A DNA stretch of 63,596 nucleotides, filler included, from Octopus bimaculoides (taxonomy: Eukaryota), in NCBI RefSeq assembly GCF_001194135.2. It is 8 parts of 8 records of this genome, joined end to end, with 100 filler letters (N's around TTAATTAATTAA, not from the genome) between each part and the next. Parts side by side here need not be neighbours in the genome. Positions count along the whole stretch, not along the records: positions 53,056 to 63,596 come from NC_069008.1; 7 more parts are not named here. The stretch is one strand, 5' to 3'. Shown one piece after another: positions 53,330-63,596 of the stretch. Under the pieces are notes generated by a model. It made no database searches. It was given only the letters and a program-made list of their open reading frames with translations, and was not told the origin of the DNA. Numbering within the stretch: the first letter of the stretch is position 1; each line of letters begins with the position of its first letter. The translations under genes and the position numbers were made by a program.

Positions 53330-54900
53330 CGAAGACATCGGCTTAACCAAACAGAGCAACAACATCATCGTACACTAAGACATCGTGGATCATCAAATAT
53401 GAAAATATTGGCATATTGAAGAGGAAGATATCATCCGATACAGTATTATCTTCCTATCCGATATTACTCTATCAAACACGATATCACATATTTAATATTT
53501 ATAAATATATCAAATATTGCATATTTATGAAATACAAAGTTATTGGACTACCAAACATAGATTAGATCATTAGATATGAAAATACCAAACTATGAAGCAT
53601 GAAGATATCACAGTACAGTATATCAAGATAGACTAAGAAATATGATGATATCAACTGGTATAAGGATATAAGATTATCAAATATGGAGATATCAGCCTAA
53701 TAAATATGAAGCTACTAACCTATTTTGTATGAAGATATCACATAATAAAATATAAAGATAGCATGTCAATATGAAGATATCAGTTTATCATATATGATGA
53801 TATTGGTCAATTATGTACGAAGATATCATCATATCAAATGCAAAATTATCAGACAACCATATATTAATCACGAAGATATTGTCCTATCAAGTGTGAAGAT
53901 ATTGCTACATTGGTAATAAAGATATCTGGCCATGAATATGTGGATATCAATAGACGTCTAATTATAAAGATACGGGGCCATCAAAAATGATGATATTGGC
54001 ATATTACATCAGTTGTAACAGACATTAAGATATCCGATTACAAAACATAAAATTATTTCAGATTATGAAACACCATCGCATTATTCTGGATTCTCCTCCA
54101 TTCTTGTAAAGTGGAAAGCGTTTGTGAATTCATAGTCTTTGAGGATCACGTATTTCGAAATTCTTCGGTTTTCTTCATCGGTAGATATTGGTGTCTACTT
54201 TTCTGGATGATCTGAAGCATAAGATTATCAACCTAATAAATAGGAAGATATTTCCTGCCCTAACAACCCCTCCACCCATGTTCATCATTCACTGCATTCT
54301 CCCCCATTTCTCATTTTCTGTCTGCACTCTCGTAAACTAACCTACCCACTCACCCTATCCAATGCTCTGTATAACATTTATATCAGACCATCATACAAGA
54401 TATCAAACTATGAATTACAAAGATATTGGTCTATATTGTATGAAGATATCACTACACTGAATATTAGGGTAATAAACTACGATGAACATATCAACAATCT
54501 GACAATAATAAAAATATTAGATTATCAAACGAAGATATCAGCATATTTAATATGAAGATATCGACCTTTTACACATAAATACGTTTGCCTATCACATATC
54601 ACTACAAAATATGAAGATATCAGTCTGTGAATATAAAGATATCAGCTTCTAAACTTGAAGATATCACTATAAAACTAAAATAACAGCTGACAAAATATAT
54701 AAAAAAACTGGACCATCAGATATTATAAGACCGTTAAGCTTATCAAATAAGAAGATATCAGTCTCACCAATTGCGATGATATCAATGTATCAAATAGGGA
54801 AACAACAGCTTTATCAAACACAAAGCTATTGACCTATTATATATGAAGGCATCTAATCAAATATTGATGATATCAAACTAGTGGGATATCGGAGATATCA
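53330..54900. repeat. Degenerate minisatellite built on (A)TGAAGATATCA
   Basis: About 20 GATATC hexamers plus GATATT and GACATC variants. Several spacings are ~21-23 or ~42-47 nt. Stops occur in the frames I checked. Confidence 0.75.
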
Positions 54901-55434
54901 TTTTATTAGCGCTTTGCCTTTTTAACATTTAAAGTTTATCATCTTTCAAGCAAGATAAAAGTCAGTTATTGATGAAGTAATGATCCAATCACTCTCTCAT
55001 ATCGGTGATCAGATTAGTGTGCAACATGCTTGGTGCACATGCATTTGTGCATGTGCACGTGCATTTGTGCATGTGCACGAGAGAGAAAATGTGCACATAA
55101 GTGAGAATATGTATGTGCATGTAAGAATGTGTGTGTGCTTGTGTTTGTGGGAGTGTGTGTGTGTGCGTGTGTGTGTGTGCATAAGAATGTGCATACACAT
55201 GCATGACGATGTGCATGCCATGCATAAGAATGTGTGTAGAGGCAAGTAGGTGTGAATATGTAAACGTGGGAATGCGTAAATATAGGAGCATATAGAAGCA
55301 TGAAAGCGTGAATATTAGAATTCAGGAGCACGGATTGGCATCCGAGTAGGTACAACTCGGAGTGAGAACGTGTAGAGTGCAGGTGTTTGTTGGTGTAAGC
55401 ATATGCAAGTATGTACATATCAGTGTAGATATAT

Positions 55435-55665
55435 AAAGACCCCCTTCGGTTATGACTGACCATGGGATTGAACCTAGAAAGTTCCCCCTCCGAGGCACAA
55501 GTCCTGGCAAGGTTGTTTATGGAAGACCTGCAGTCACCCATGCATACCAGCCTCCCCTCTCCACACCACCCATGTTATCCAAGGGAAAGGCAAAAGGGGC
55601 CGATACAGCTTGGCACCTGTGATGTCACAACTCATTTCTACAGCTGAGTGAACTGGAGTAACGTG
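55435..55665 (-). mobile_element. CORE-type SINE (3' part)
   Basis: CCCCTTCGGTTATGACTGACCATGGG...GGCCGATACAGCTTGGCACC...CATTTCTACAGCTGAGTGAACTGGAG. Confidence 0.6.
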
Positions 55666-55699
55666 AAATATATATATATATATATATATACATACATAC

Positions 55700-55818
<119 letters not shown>

Positions 55819-56111
55819 ATTGCAATGCAGAAGTAAAATAACAAAACAGAAGAACATTCAAGAATGTGAAAAGGAAAGTTGAGCAGCTTCTCTACATTTC
55901 AGACATGGAGATCCATCATCAGAAGCATATTATTTTTCTAAACTGTATACTCCTGATAAAGGGCCTTTGTGCTCGAAATATAAAGGTTGCTTTTGATCGA
56001 ATTTCCTTTACGTATTGTTTGAAGCTTTTCCTTCTTTTTTTTCTGCTGTCGTTTTACTAATAAATATGTAAGCTGTACCAAAGAAATGAGATGAAGGAGA
56101 GATCAACCTAC

Positions 56112-56241
56112 CTAATCTGGTACAAATGGTCACCATTAACATGCCAATAGGACAGCTGTCATCAACTTTTAATGTCTTTATTGTATCGTCCAATGTCCGG
56201 ACTTTTAATATGCGGTGTTTCATTTTGTATTCCACAAGGTC
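56112..56241 (-). CDS. Tln: Internal coding exon of a talin (head F0/F1 boundary, ubiquitin-like fold)
   Basis: Acceptor tattttcag|G and donor G|gtaggt, 130 nt, phase 0 to 1. It encodes DLVEYKMKHRILKVRTLDDTIKTLKVDDSCPIGMLMVTICTRL(G). This aligns without gaps to human talin-1 DTMEYRKKQRPLKIRMLDGTVKTIMVDDSKTVTDMLMTICARIG (recalled from memory; 22/44 identical by hand). Confidence 0.92.
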
Positions 56242-56845
56242 CTGAAAATAAACAACAATATTAATAATTATAAAATATACAAAATAAAACAAAATAAAAC
56301 GCCATGTTTTCCTCAGCAATCTCTCCTCTCTAAAATTTGTAAATATTCTTGCTTTGTTTTATAACTTGTGTCTTTCTCTTTCTTGTCATGATTTCTTCCA
56401 GCAATAAATTCTCTCAAGTCTCTCTCTCTCTCTCTCCCTCTGTCTCTCTCTCTCTCCCTCTGTCTCTCTCTCTCTCTCTCTACCTGCCTCAGTGATGGCT
56501 TCTTACTGCTATTTCTATTTCCTGAGGCAAAGCTGACCATTGCTTGTCCGCGATGCGCCCAACCATTATCACCCCCTCCACCCATACAAGAAATCTCTTC
56601 TCTTATACTGGAAAACCCCTACAGAGCTCTGCCCGCTTCTGCACCAGAAGGCCTGCATACCTCCATCCCACCCCTCACACCACCAATCATCCACACTACT
56701 GCATTTCTCAAAAGGAGGCGTGTCCCTAACCCTAACCCTTTCTCAGAGCACTCAGTCTTGTTTGCTCTGGTAGATTCCGTGAAAGGGGACAGCAGCCTGC
56801 AGTCAGAGGGCTCACAGGGTCTCTTTCCACACATTAGAGAGACCC

Positions 56846-56881
<36 letters not shown>

Positions 56882-56882
<1 letters not shown>

Positions 56883-57100
56883 GGCGGTGAACTGGCAGAA
56901 CAGTTAGCATGATGGGCAAAATGCTTAGCAGTATTTCATCTACCTCAACATTTTGAGTTCAAATTCCGCCGAGGGCAACTTTGCCTTTCAACTTCTTGGG
57001 ATCAATAAATTAAGTACCAGTAAAACACTGGGGTCGATGTAATCGACAAGTCCCTTCCCTCCAAATTTCAAAGCCTTGTGCCTTCAGTAGAAAGGATTAT
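56882..57100 (+). mobile_element. Nin-domain SINE inserted in an (ATT)n tract
   Basis: GGCGGTGAACTGGCAGAA...CAAATTCCGCCGAGG.CAACTTTGCCTTTCA...AAGTACCAG, flanked by ATT repeats on both sides. Confidence 0.7.
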
Positions 57101-57770
57101 TATTATTGGAAAAATGTGATATCTCCATTATCAAAAGAATGCTGCTGAGGACTCACAGACAGACACATACACATGACACACACACACACACACACACACA
57201 TACATACACTTGTATATATACCCACAGACACACATTTACATGCAAATATATTCATGCATATATATACACATATATACACACACTAACATATTACACACAC
57301 ACACACATATATATACACACATATATAAAACACATATATATACCTATATATATATATATACATATATATATATACAGGGTGAGTATAGACTTTGTCACAC
57401 TCCCTCACCCGTGGAAACAGAGCTGAACAAACCCATTGTTCACTAATTGCAGTTTGCAATATAAAATAAATAATTATCTAGGCTAACGAGTTAATCAATT
57501 ATATCCTTTCTGCTAAAACTATGCGGCCTTGTGCTAATTATCCTCATTATCGTTGTTATTAACGATGGGTGGGGTCTTAGTTATGTCCCTTAAACTTTTC
57601 AGACCGAATCCTTGAATCCTACTGGAATCGGATGGGTACGAAATACTATGGAGATTGATATGAGCACTTTGACATCATCGGTTTCCGCTTTTCCATGCCT
57701 TCATGGGTTGAATGGGAGTTTGCTGCGGTAGACGTTTCTGGAGCCGGATGCCTTTCCTCTCACCAACCCT

Positions 57771-58175
57771 CATCATCATCGTTTAACGTCCGCTTTCCAT
57801 GCTAGCATGGGTTGGACGATTTGATTGAGGACTGGCGAACCAGATGGCTGCACCAGGCTCCAATCTGATCTGGCAGAGTTTCTACGACTGGATGCCCTTC
57901 CTAATGCCAACCACTCTGAAAGTGTAGTGGGTGCTGTTATGTGCCACCGGCACGTAACTGGCAACGGCCACGCTCGAAATGGTGTATTTTACGTGCCACC
58001 TGCACAAGGGCCAGTCCAGCGAAATCGTGATGGCACCTGTGCCAGTAAATCACTAAGAGCACTGTCTGAGCGTGGTCGTTGCCAGAGCACCAGCTGTCCG
58101 GCTTTTGTGCCGGTGGCAAGTAAATAGCACCATTTGAGCGTGACCATTACCAACGTCGCCTTCCTGGCACGTGAA
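57771..58175 (-). mobile_element. RTE 3' UTR fragment
   Basis: (CAT)n tail followed by CGTTTAACGTCCGCTTTCCATGCTAGCATGGG. Confidence 0.85.
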
Positions 58176-58307
58176 AAGACAACTCTCACCTGTGATATTT
58201 CCCTGTGAGCAGACGCTTCCGTGGAAGACTGGAAATGAAGGTCATTGCTCGTACGACAGTGACATTTGTTTACAGCTATCACATGATGTCAAAGCAGTAA
58301 CACATCT

Positions 58308-58920
58308 GCACATGGTTGTGTGGTAAGTAGCTTGCTCCCCAACCACATGGTTCCAGGTTCAGTCCCACTGCATGGCTCCTTGGGCAAGTGTCATCTACCA
58401 TAGCCTGGGGCCGACCAAAGCCTTGTGAGCGGATTTGGCAGACGGAAACTGAAAGATCACTGAGTATGTGTGTGGGTGTTTCTTTGGTCCCCCACCTCAC
58501 CTCACCCTCCACTACTTGACAAACGGTGTTGGTGTGTTTACAACCCTGTAACTCAGCAATTACGCAAAAAAAAGATGCTGGGTTGATTTGTTCAACTAAA
58601 ATTCAAGGTAGTGCCCCGGCATGGCCGCAGTTTGTAGCAGCAATGACATCAGCTGCAGTTATCGGAAATTTCACTATAAACACCACGGCTCCTCCTGCCC
58701 TGTGTGACTGTATTTGCCCCTGCCACCACTTGACAACCACTGTTGGTTTGTTTACATCGTTGTGACCTAGCAGTACAGCTAAAGAGATCAATAGAATAAA
58801 TAGCAGGCTGAGAGAATAAAAAATTAGTATCAGAAGTAGATTCATTTAACTAAAACTAAATTTTTCAAAATTGTACTCCAGCATGGCCGCAGTCAAATGA
58901 CTGAAACAAGTAAAAAAAAT
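58308..58920 (+). mobile_element. MetaSINE-type SINE plus a duplicated 3' half
   Basis: Head and central domain at 58308-58460, with two tail segments (~58500-58640 and ~58715-58920) each containing CAGCATGGCCGCAGT or a close variant. Confidence 0.65.
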
Positions 58921-59780
58921 AGAATAGTGTGTATGTATGTATGTGTATATAAAGTCTGTCATACCGGCCATGATGAAATACCACAAGGTATAGAAGCCTT
59001 TATGTATTTATATATTTAATCCTTTATATTGAACACTCAATATTTCATCTATTCAATAAGACATATTCCATATATTCAATAAGACATTCAATACTTTATT
59101 TCATAGTACCATCCATTTTTATTTTATATTATATATTGTATATTATATTATATATTGTATATTCCATATTCTATATCCCACATTGGTTTTGCAGGAATAT
59201 AAATAAAACATTAAAAACAGACAGCGTTGGNNNNNNNNNNNNNNNNNNNNNNNNNNNNNNNNNNNNNNNNNNNNNNNNNNNNNNNNNNNNNNNNNNNNNN
59301 NNNNNNNNNNNNNNNNNNNNNNNNNNNNNNNNNNNNNNNNNNNNNNNNNNNNNNNNNNNNNNNNNNNNNNNNNNNNNNNNNNNNNNNNNNNNNNNNNNNN
59401 NNNNNNNNNNNNNNNNNNNNNNNNNNNNNNNNNNNNNNNNNNNNNNNNNNNNNNNNNNNNNNNNNNNNNNNNNNNNNNNNNNNNNNNNNNNNNNNNNNNN
59501 NNNNNNNNNNNNNNNNNNNNNNNNNNNNNNNNNNNNNNNNNNNNNNNNNNNNNNNNNNNNNNNNNNNNNNNNNNNNNNNNNNNNNNNNNNNNNNNNNNNN
59601 NNNNNNNNNNNNNNNNNNNNNNNNNNNNNNNNNNNNNNNNNNNNNNNNNNNNNNNNNNNNNNNNNNNNNNNNNNNNNNNNNNNNNNNNNNNNNNNNNNNN
59701 NNNNNNNNNNNNNNNNNNNNNNNNNNNNNNNNNNNNNNNNNNNNNNNNNNNNNNNNNNNNNNNNNNNNNNTTTGTGATGG

Positions 59781-59814
<34 letters not shown>

Positions 59815-61769
59815 AGTGATAATCCTGATGGTGGTGATAGTGACGATGGTGGTGGTGGTAGTGGTGGTGGTGATGGTGGTGGTGGTGATGTAATTGTAGT
59901 TATGATGCTGATAATGATGATGATGATGGTGTGAAAGTGATGGAGATTGTTGTGATATTGATGATGATGATGATGATGATGACAGTAATCACAGTGGTGT
60001 GTGTGGTTGGGGAGGGGGCAGTTATATTAGTGATGACAACTTTACAAAGGTTTGTGGCACGACACGACATGACAGAGGAAGGGCTGTGACAGGATGCGAT
60101 CGATAGAGACAGGATGCAAAGATCACCTGTAAAAAGGGGGCAGTGTACCGCTGCATTTGGGTCTTCCACTGCAGCGGCTGCGACCCCTTGTGGGCCTTCG
60201 GCTTTTTCGAACATCGCAAGAAACAGCAGGCTGAACAGGACATGGCGAAGAGGAGGCGACATCCAGCAGCGGTCAGTGACAGTAATCCGAAACGGTCAGG
60301 TAATCCAGGGAATTGTTTTCCAAATAAAAAGGGGCCACTGCTAGCAGTAGTTTAGTCCATGGAGGTGCAATATTTGCCAGGGAATGCTAATAGCAGTAAA
60401 CTCTTCATGTGTCATGCTACATGTGAAGATTGAGGGGAAAGAAGAGATACATCGCTTAACTCGTTAGCTATAGAGGATGCACAGGTAGGTAGATAGTCAA
60501 CTAGGTAAGTAGGTAGATAGCTAGGTAGGGAGGTGGCTACGTATGTGTGTATGTGTGCGTATATATATATATATATATATATAACTCCCTGTATATATTT
60601 ATAGGGAGTTGGGTTTAGGGAGATGGGTTCAAAGCATTACACAATGCTCAGAAAAATACCAGCTGTTTTGTTTTTTTGGTTTTGTTTTTGNNNNNNNNNN
60701 NNNNNNNNNNNNNNNNNNNNNNNNNNNNNNNNNNNNNNNNNNNNNNNNNNNNNNNNNNNNNNNNNNNNNNNNNNNNNNNNNNNNNNNNNNNNNNNNNNNN
60801 NNNNNNNNNNNNNNNNNNNNNNNNNNNNNNNAGGGGGGGTTTGCATGCTGGGATAGCAAAGAGGAGGAAGATGAGGGGGGGTTAAGCTCTCTTGTTAACA
60901 CTCTGATATACAAACTGCTTGGATCGAGAGAGAGAGAGAAAGAGGGGAGACATGGGATTAATTTCATAAATACACACACACACACACACACGCAAGCATG
61001 TACGTACGTACGTATTGATCGATTAATACGAAGAGGATTTATTTACAATGATAATAAAAAAAAAAGCAACGAAAGTGCAACAGAAACAGCTATGCAACTG
61101 ATCGCCATAACAACAGCTGAGCTTAGGTTACAAAATGTGCACCAGCACTTGCATACGCATATATACCAATGTGTGTGTATGTGTGCATAACATGTGTGCA
61201 TGTGCGTAGTCAGTTATTTTCTATCAGAAGCCATAAAGCTGCACACAACACTTCTCATGTCACCTCAGGTCAATGGGTGTTTTCACGTCTTTCAAACTTC
61301 ATGACCTTTGCCCTACTATATCACCATCACCATCATCGTCATCATCATTTAATGTCTGTTTTCCATGCTGGCATGGGCTGGACGGTTTGACTGGGCACTG
61401 GCAAGGCCGGGAGTTGTACCAGGTTCTATTGTCTGTTTTCGGTTTGGTCTCGACACCCGGATGCCCCTTCCAAATGCCGACCACTTTACAGAGTGGTACT
61501 GAGGGTCTTTTGCATGGCAGAGACAGGGGATATTTTTACTGGCACCTGCACCAACAGGGGTCACCAAGCAATTTGCAAGACAAAACTCCTCAGCCAGGAG
61601 GAGCAGTATTGAGGCGTGGCTGGCTGTGTGCCGTTTGAGAGATGAACGGTATAGGGGAACAAGGACAGGTGTCCCTGCCATGTAGGTACAAGGATACCCC
61701 AGGTGGAAAAGGAAGGAAGGTGAGTTAGATAGTAAGATAAAGAGAGCTTGTGTGTGGGTGGGTGAGAGC

Positions 61770-61800
<31 letters not shown>

Positions 61801-62140
61801 CATGAGCTTGTGCATGTATGTGTGAGAACTTGTTTGTGCATGTGAGCGAGCTCATGTGTGTCTGATCCTAAGAGTGTGTGTGTGTGGATTATTCCCAATG
61901 TACAACAGTATATAATAGAGATCAAACTGCCCTCTGTCAGACATACGAGAAGTCAAGTGCTACAGGATTTAGCAAGACGCAGGGGGTGGTGTGGGATGGT
62001 GAGGAGTGGTGGCCACATTGCAAGGATTAGTGACTTACAACTAATTCCACAAACATCATTGTTATTTGGTGAGGATTTCGGATTAAAGCAGTCATCAATT
62101 AGCACAGTAGGTCACGTGCATAGATATACATACATACATT

Positions 62141-62505
62141 ATGGACTGGTTTTTGTGCGGGTGGCACATGAGATGCACCATTTTGAGCGTGGCCGTTGCC
62201 AGTACCGCCTGACTGGCTCCTGTAGGATTTTCGAGCGAGATCGTTGCCAGTGCCCCTGGACTGGCTTGTGCGGGTGGCACATAAAAGACACCATTTCGAG
62301 CGTGGCCGTTTTCGTGCGGGTGACACGTAAAAGCACCCACTACACTCTCTGAGTGGTTGGCGTTAGGAAGGGCATCCAGCTGTAGAAACTCTGCCAAATC
62401 AGACTGGAGCCTGGTGTTGCCATCCGGTTTCACCAGTCCTCAGTCAAATCGTCCAACCCATGCTAGCATGGAAAGCGGACGTTAAACGATGATGATGATG
62501 ATGAT
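62141..62505 (+). mobile_element. RTE 3' UTR fragment (young subfamily)
   Basis: Ends CAACCCATGCTAGCATGGAAAGCGGACGTTAAAC(GAT)n. It is the reverse complement of 18023-18283. Confidence 0.85.
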
Positions 62506-63434
62506 TATATATGTATACAAAACTTAACAATATATAAAGGATATATATATACATATATATATGACTGTGTTGATAGTCATGTCTGTAATACTGAGTGGAT
62601 GTTATACGGTCCAACCATTGATGATAATAACACTGTGTGACCGGGGGGGGGGGGTCATACAGTGCCAGAGAGAACCATTCTATCAATGACTTTGGAATAT
62701 AACAATATCTGTCAGAGTGACAACCGTTGTCAAAACACCGATACAACAGTGGCAAAGACAGCTTTGCAAGAGATGATGATGCTGATAAATTCCCATGTGG
62801 TCCCTGGTCACATGTATACACACTTTGGGATGGCGTGATCCGTCGCAGCTCACCTTGGCATCAATTGTTGACCGTTATAGAGAATTTGCTGACCAAGTCG
62901 CCAATGATTATCCGAACAGACGTGGCCTGAGTTTGAAACTGGGGCAGACTTGCAAGCAGAGGTTGGCTCTACCAGCTGCCAGCGGATCCCATACAGATGC
63001 ACCTGGGTAGGATAATAAGGCACCCCCTACCCAGTACTACTTATGTCAGGAAAACGGTAGCTTACTGCAGGACGCTTTGCTGATGTCAAGTCCACATGCC
63101 ATCAGGAAATTGCCAGATCGTGAAACAGACAAAGCCTGGGAACCTTCTCCTAGAGACATTAAGAAAAGCTAAGGGGCACCTCACTCACATCATCATCATC
63201 ATCATACATCGTTGTGTAGTTATGGAGTTTGTTTCATAAACCCAAAGGTGCAGGTGCATGCTGGGTAAGAGTCTTCAGTGCCTTTTACATTGGAATTAGG
63301 TTGACCCATGACTCCAGGAATGGAATTTGGTCAGCAGAAAAACTGTGCCGGAATGCATTGGAACTAAGTGTGTAAATGTGAACGTTCAGCAGTGATATAC
63401 AGCTCAGCCAAATAAACACCCATTAAATATATAT

Positions 63435-63477
<43 letters not shown>

Positions 63478-63596
63478 ATACACACACACACACACACATA
63501 TAAATGTTTTATAAATGTTCTATATTATACACAGCCTTGGTTTTTTTTTTATCTCATTACGAAAAGTAAATCCTTATATATATATATATATATATA

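Noticed and set aside
54063-54215. Next talin exon in the unique island inside the GATATC array
   Set aside because: Frames from the plausible acceptors on either strand hit stops, and none resembles ITN..EYSL.

Overview
AT-rich, gap-ridden eukaryotic genomic DNA dominated by microsatellites and transposon debris. The repeat families point to a cephalopod, probably Octopus (inference, from recalled repeat consensus sequences). Only one host coding exon is supportable: a 130-nt minus-strand talin head (F0/F1 boundary) exon at 56112-56241 with canonical splice sites. No flanking talin exons are visible. The rest is RTE and CR1-clade LINE fragments, three tRNA-derived SINE families (Nin-, Meta- and CORE-type), several Tc1/mariner remnants and Helitron-like non-autonomous elements. 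There is also a decayed intron-containing hAT (hATm-like) transposase carrying two nested insertions with intact TSDs, a TIR MITE with an inverted telomere-like core, and Penelope-type minimal hammerhead motifs. Artificial TTAATTAATTAA spacers inside N runs split the window into assembly blocks with very different CpG content. Most ORFs in the supplied track are microsatellite or N artefacts. I found no CRISPR array, rRNA or bona fide tRNA, and no clearly new multi-gene system. The findings are structural oddities worth testing.
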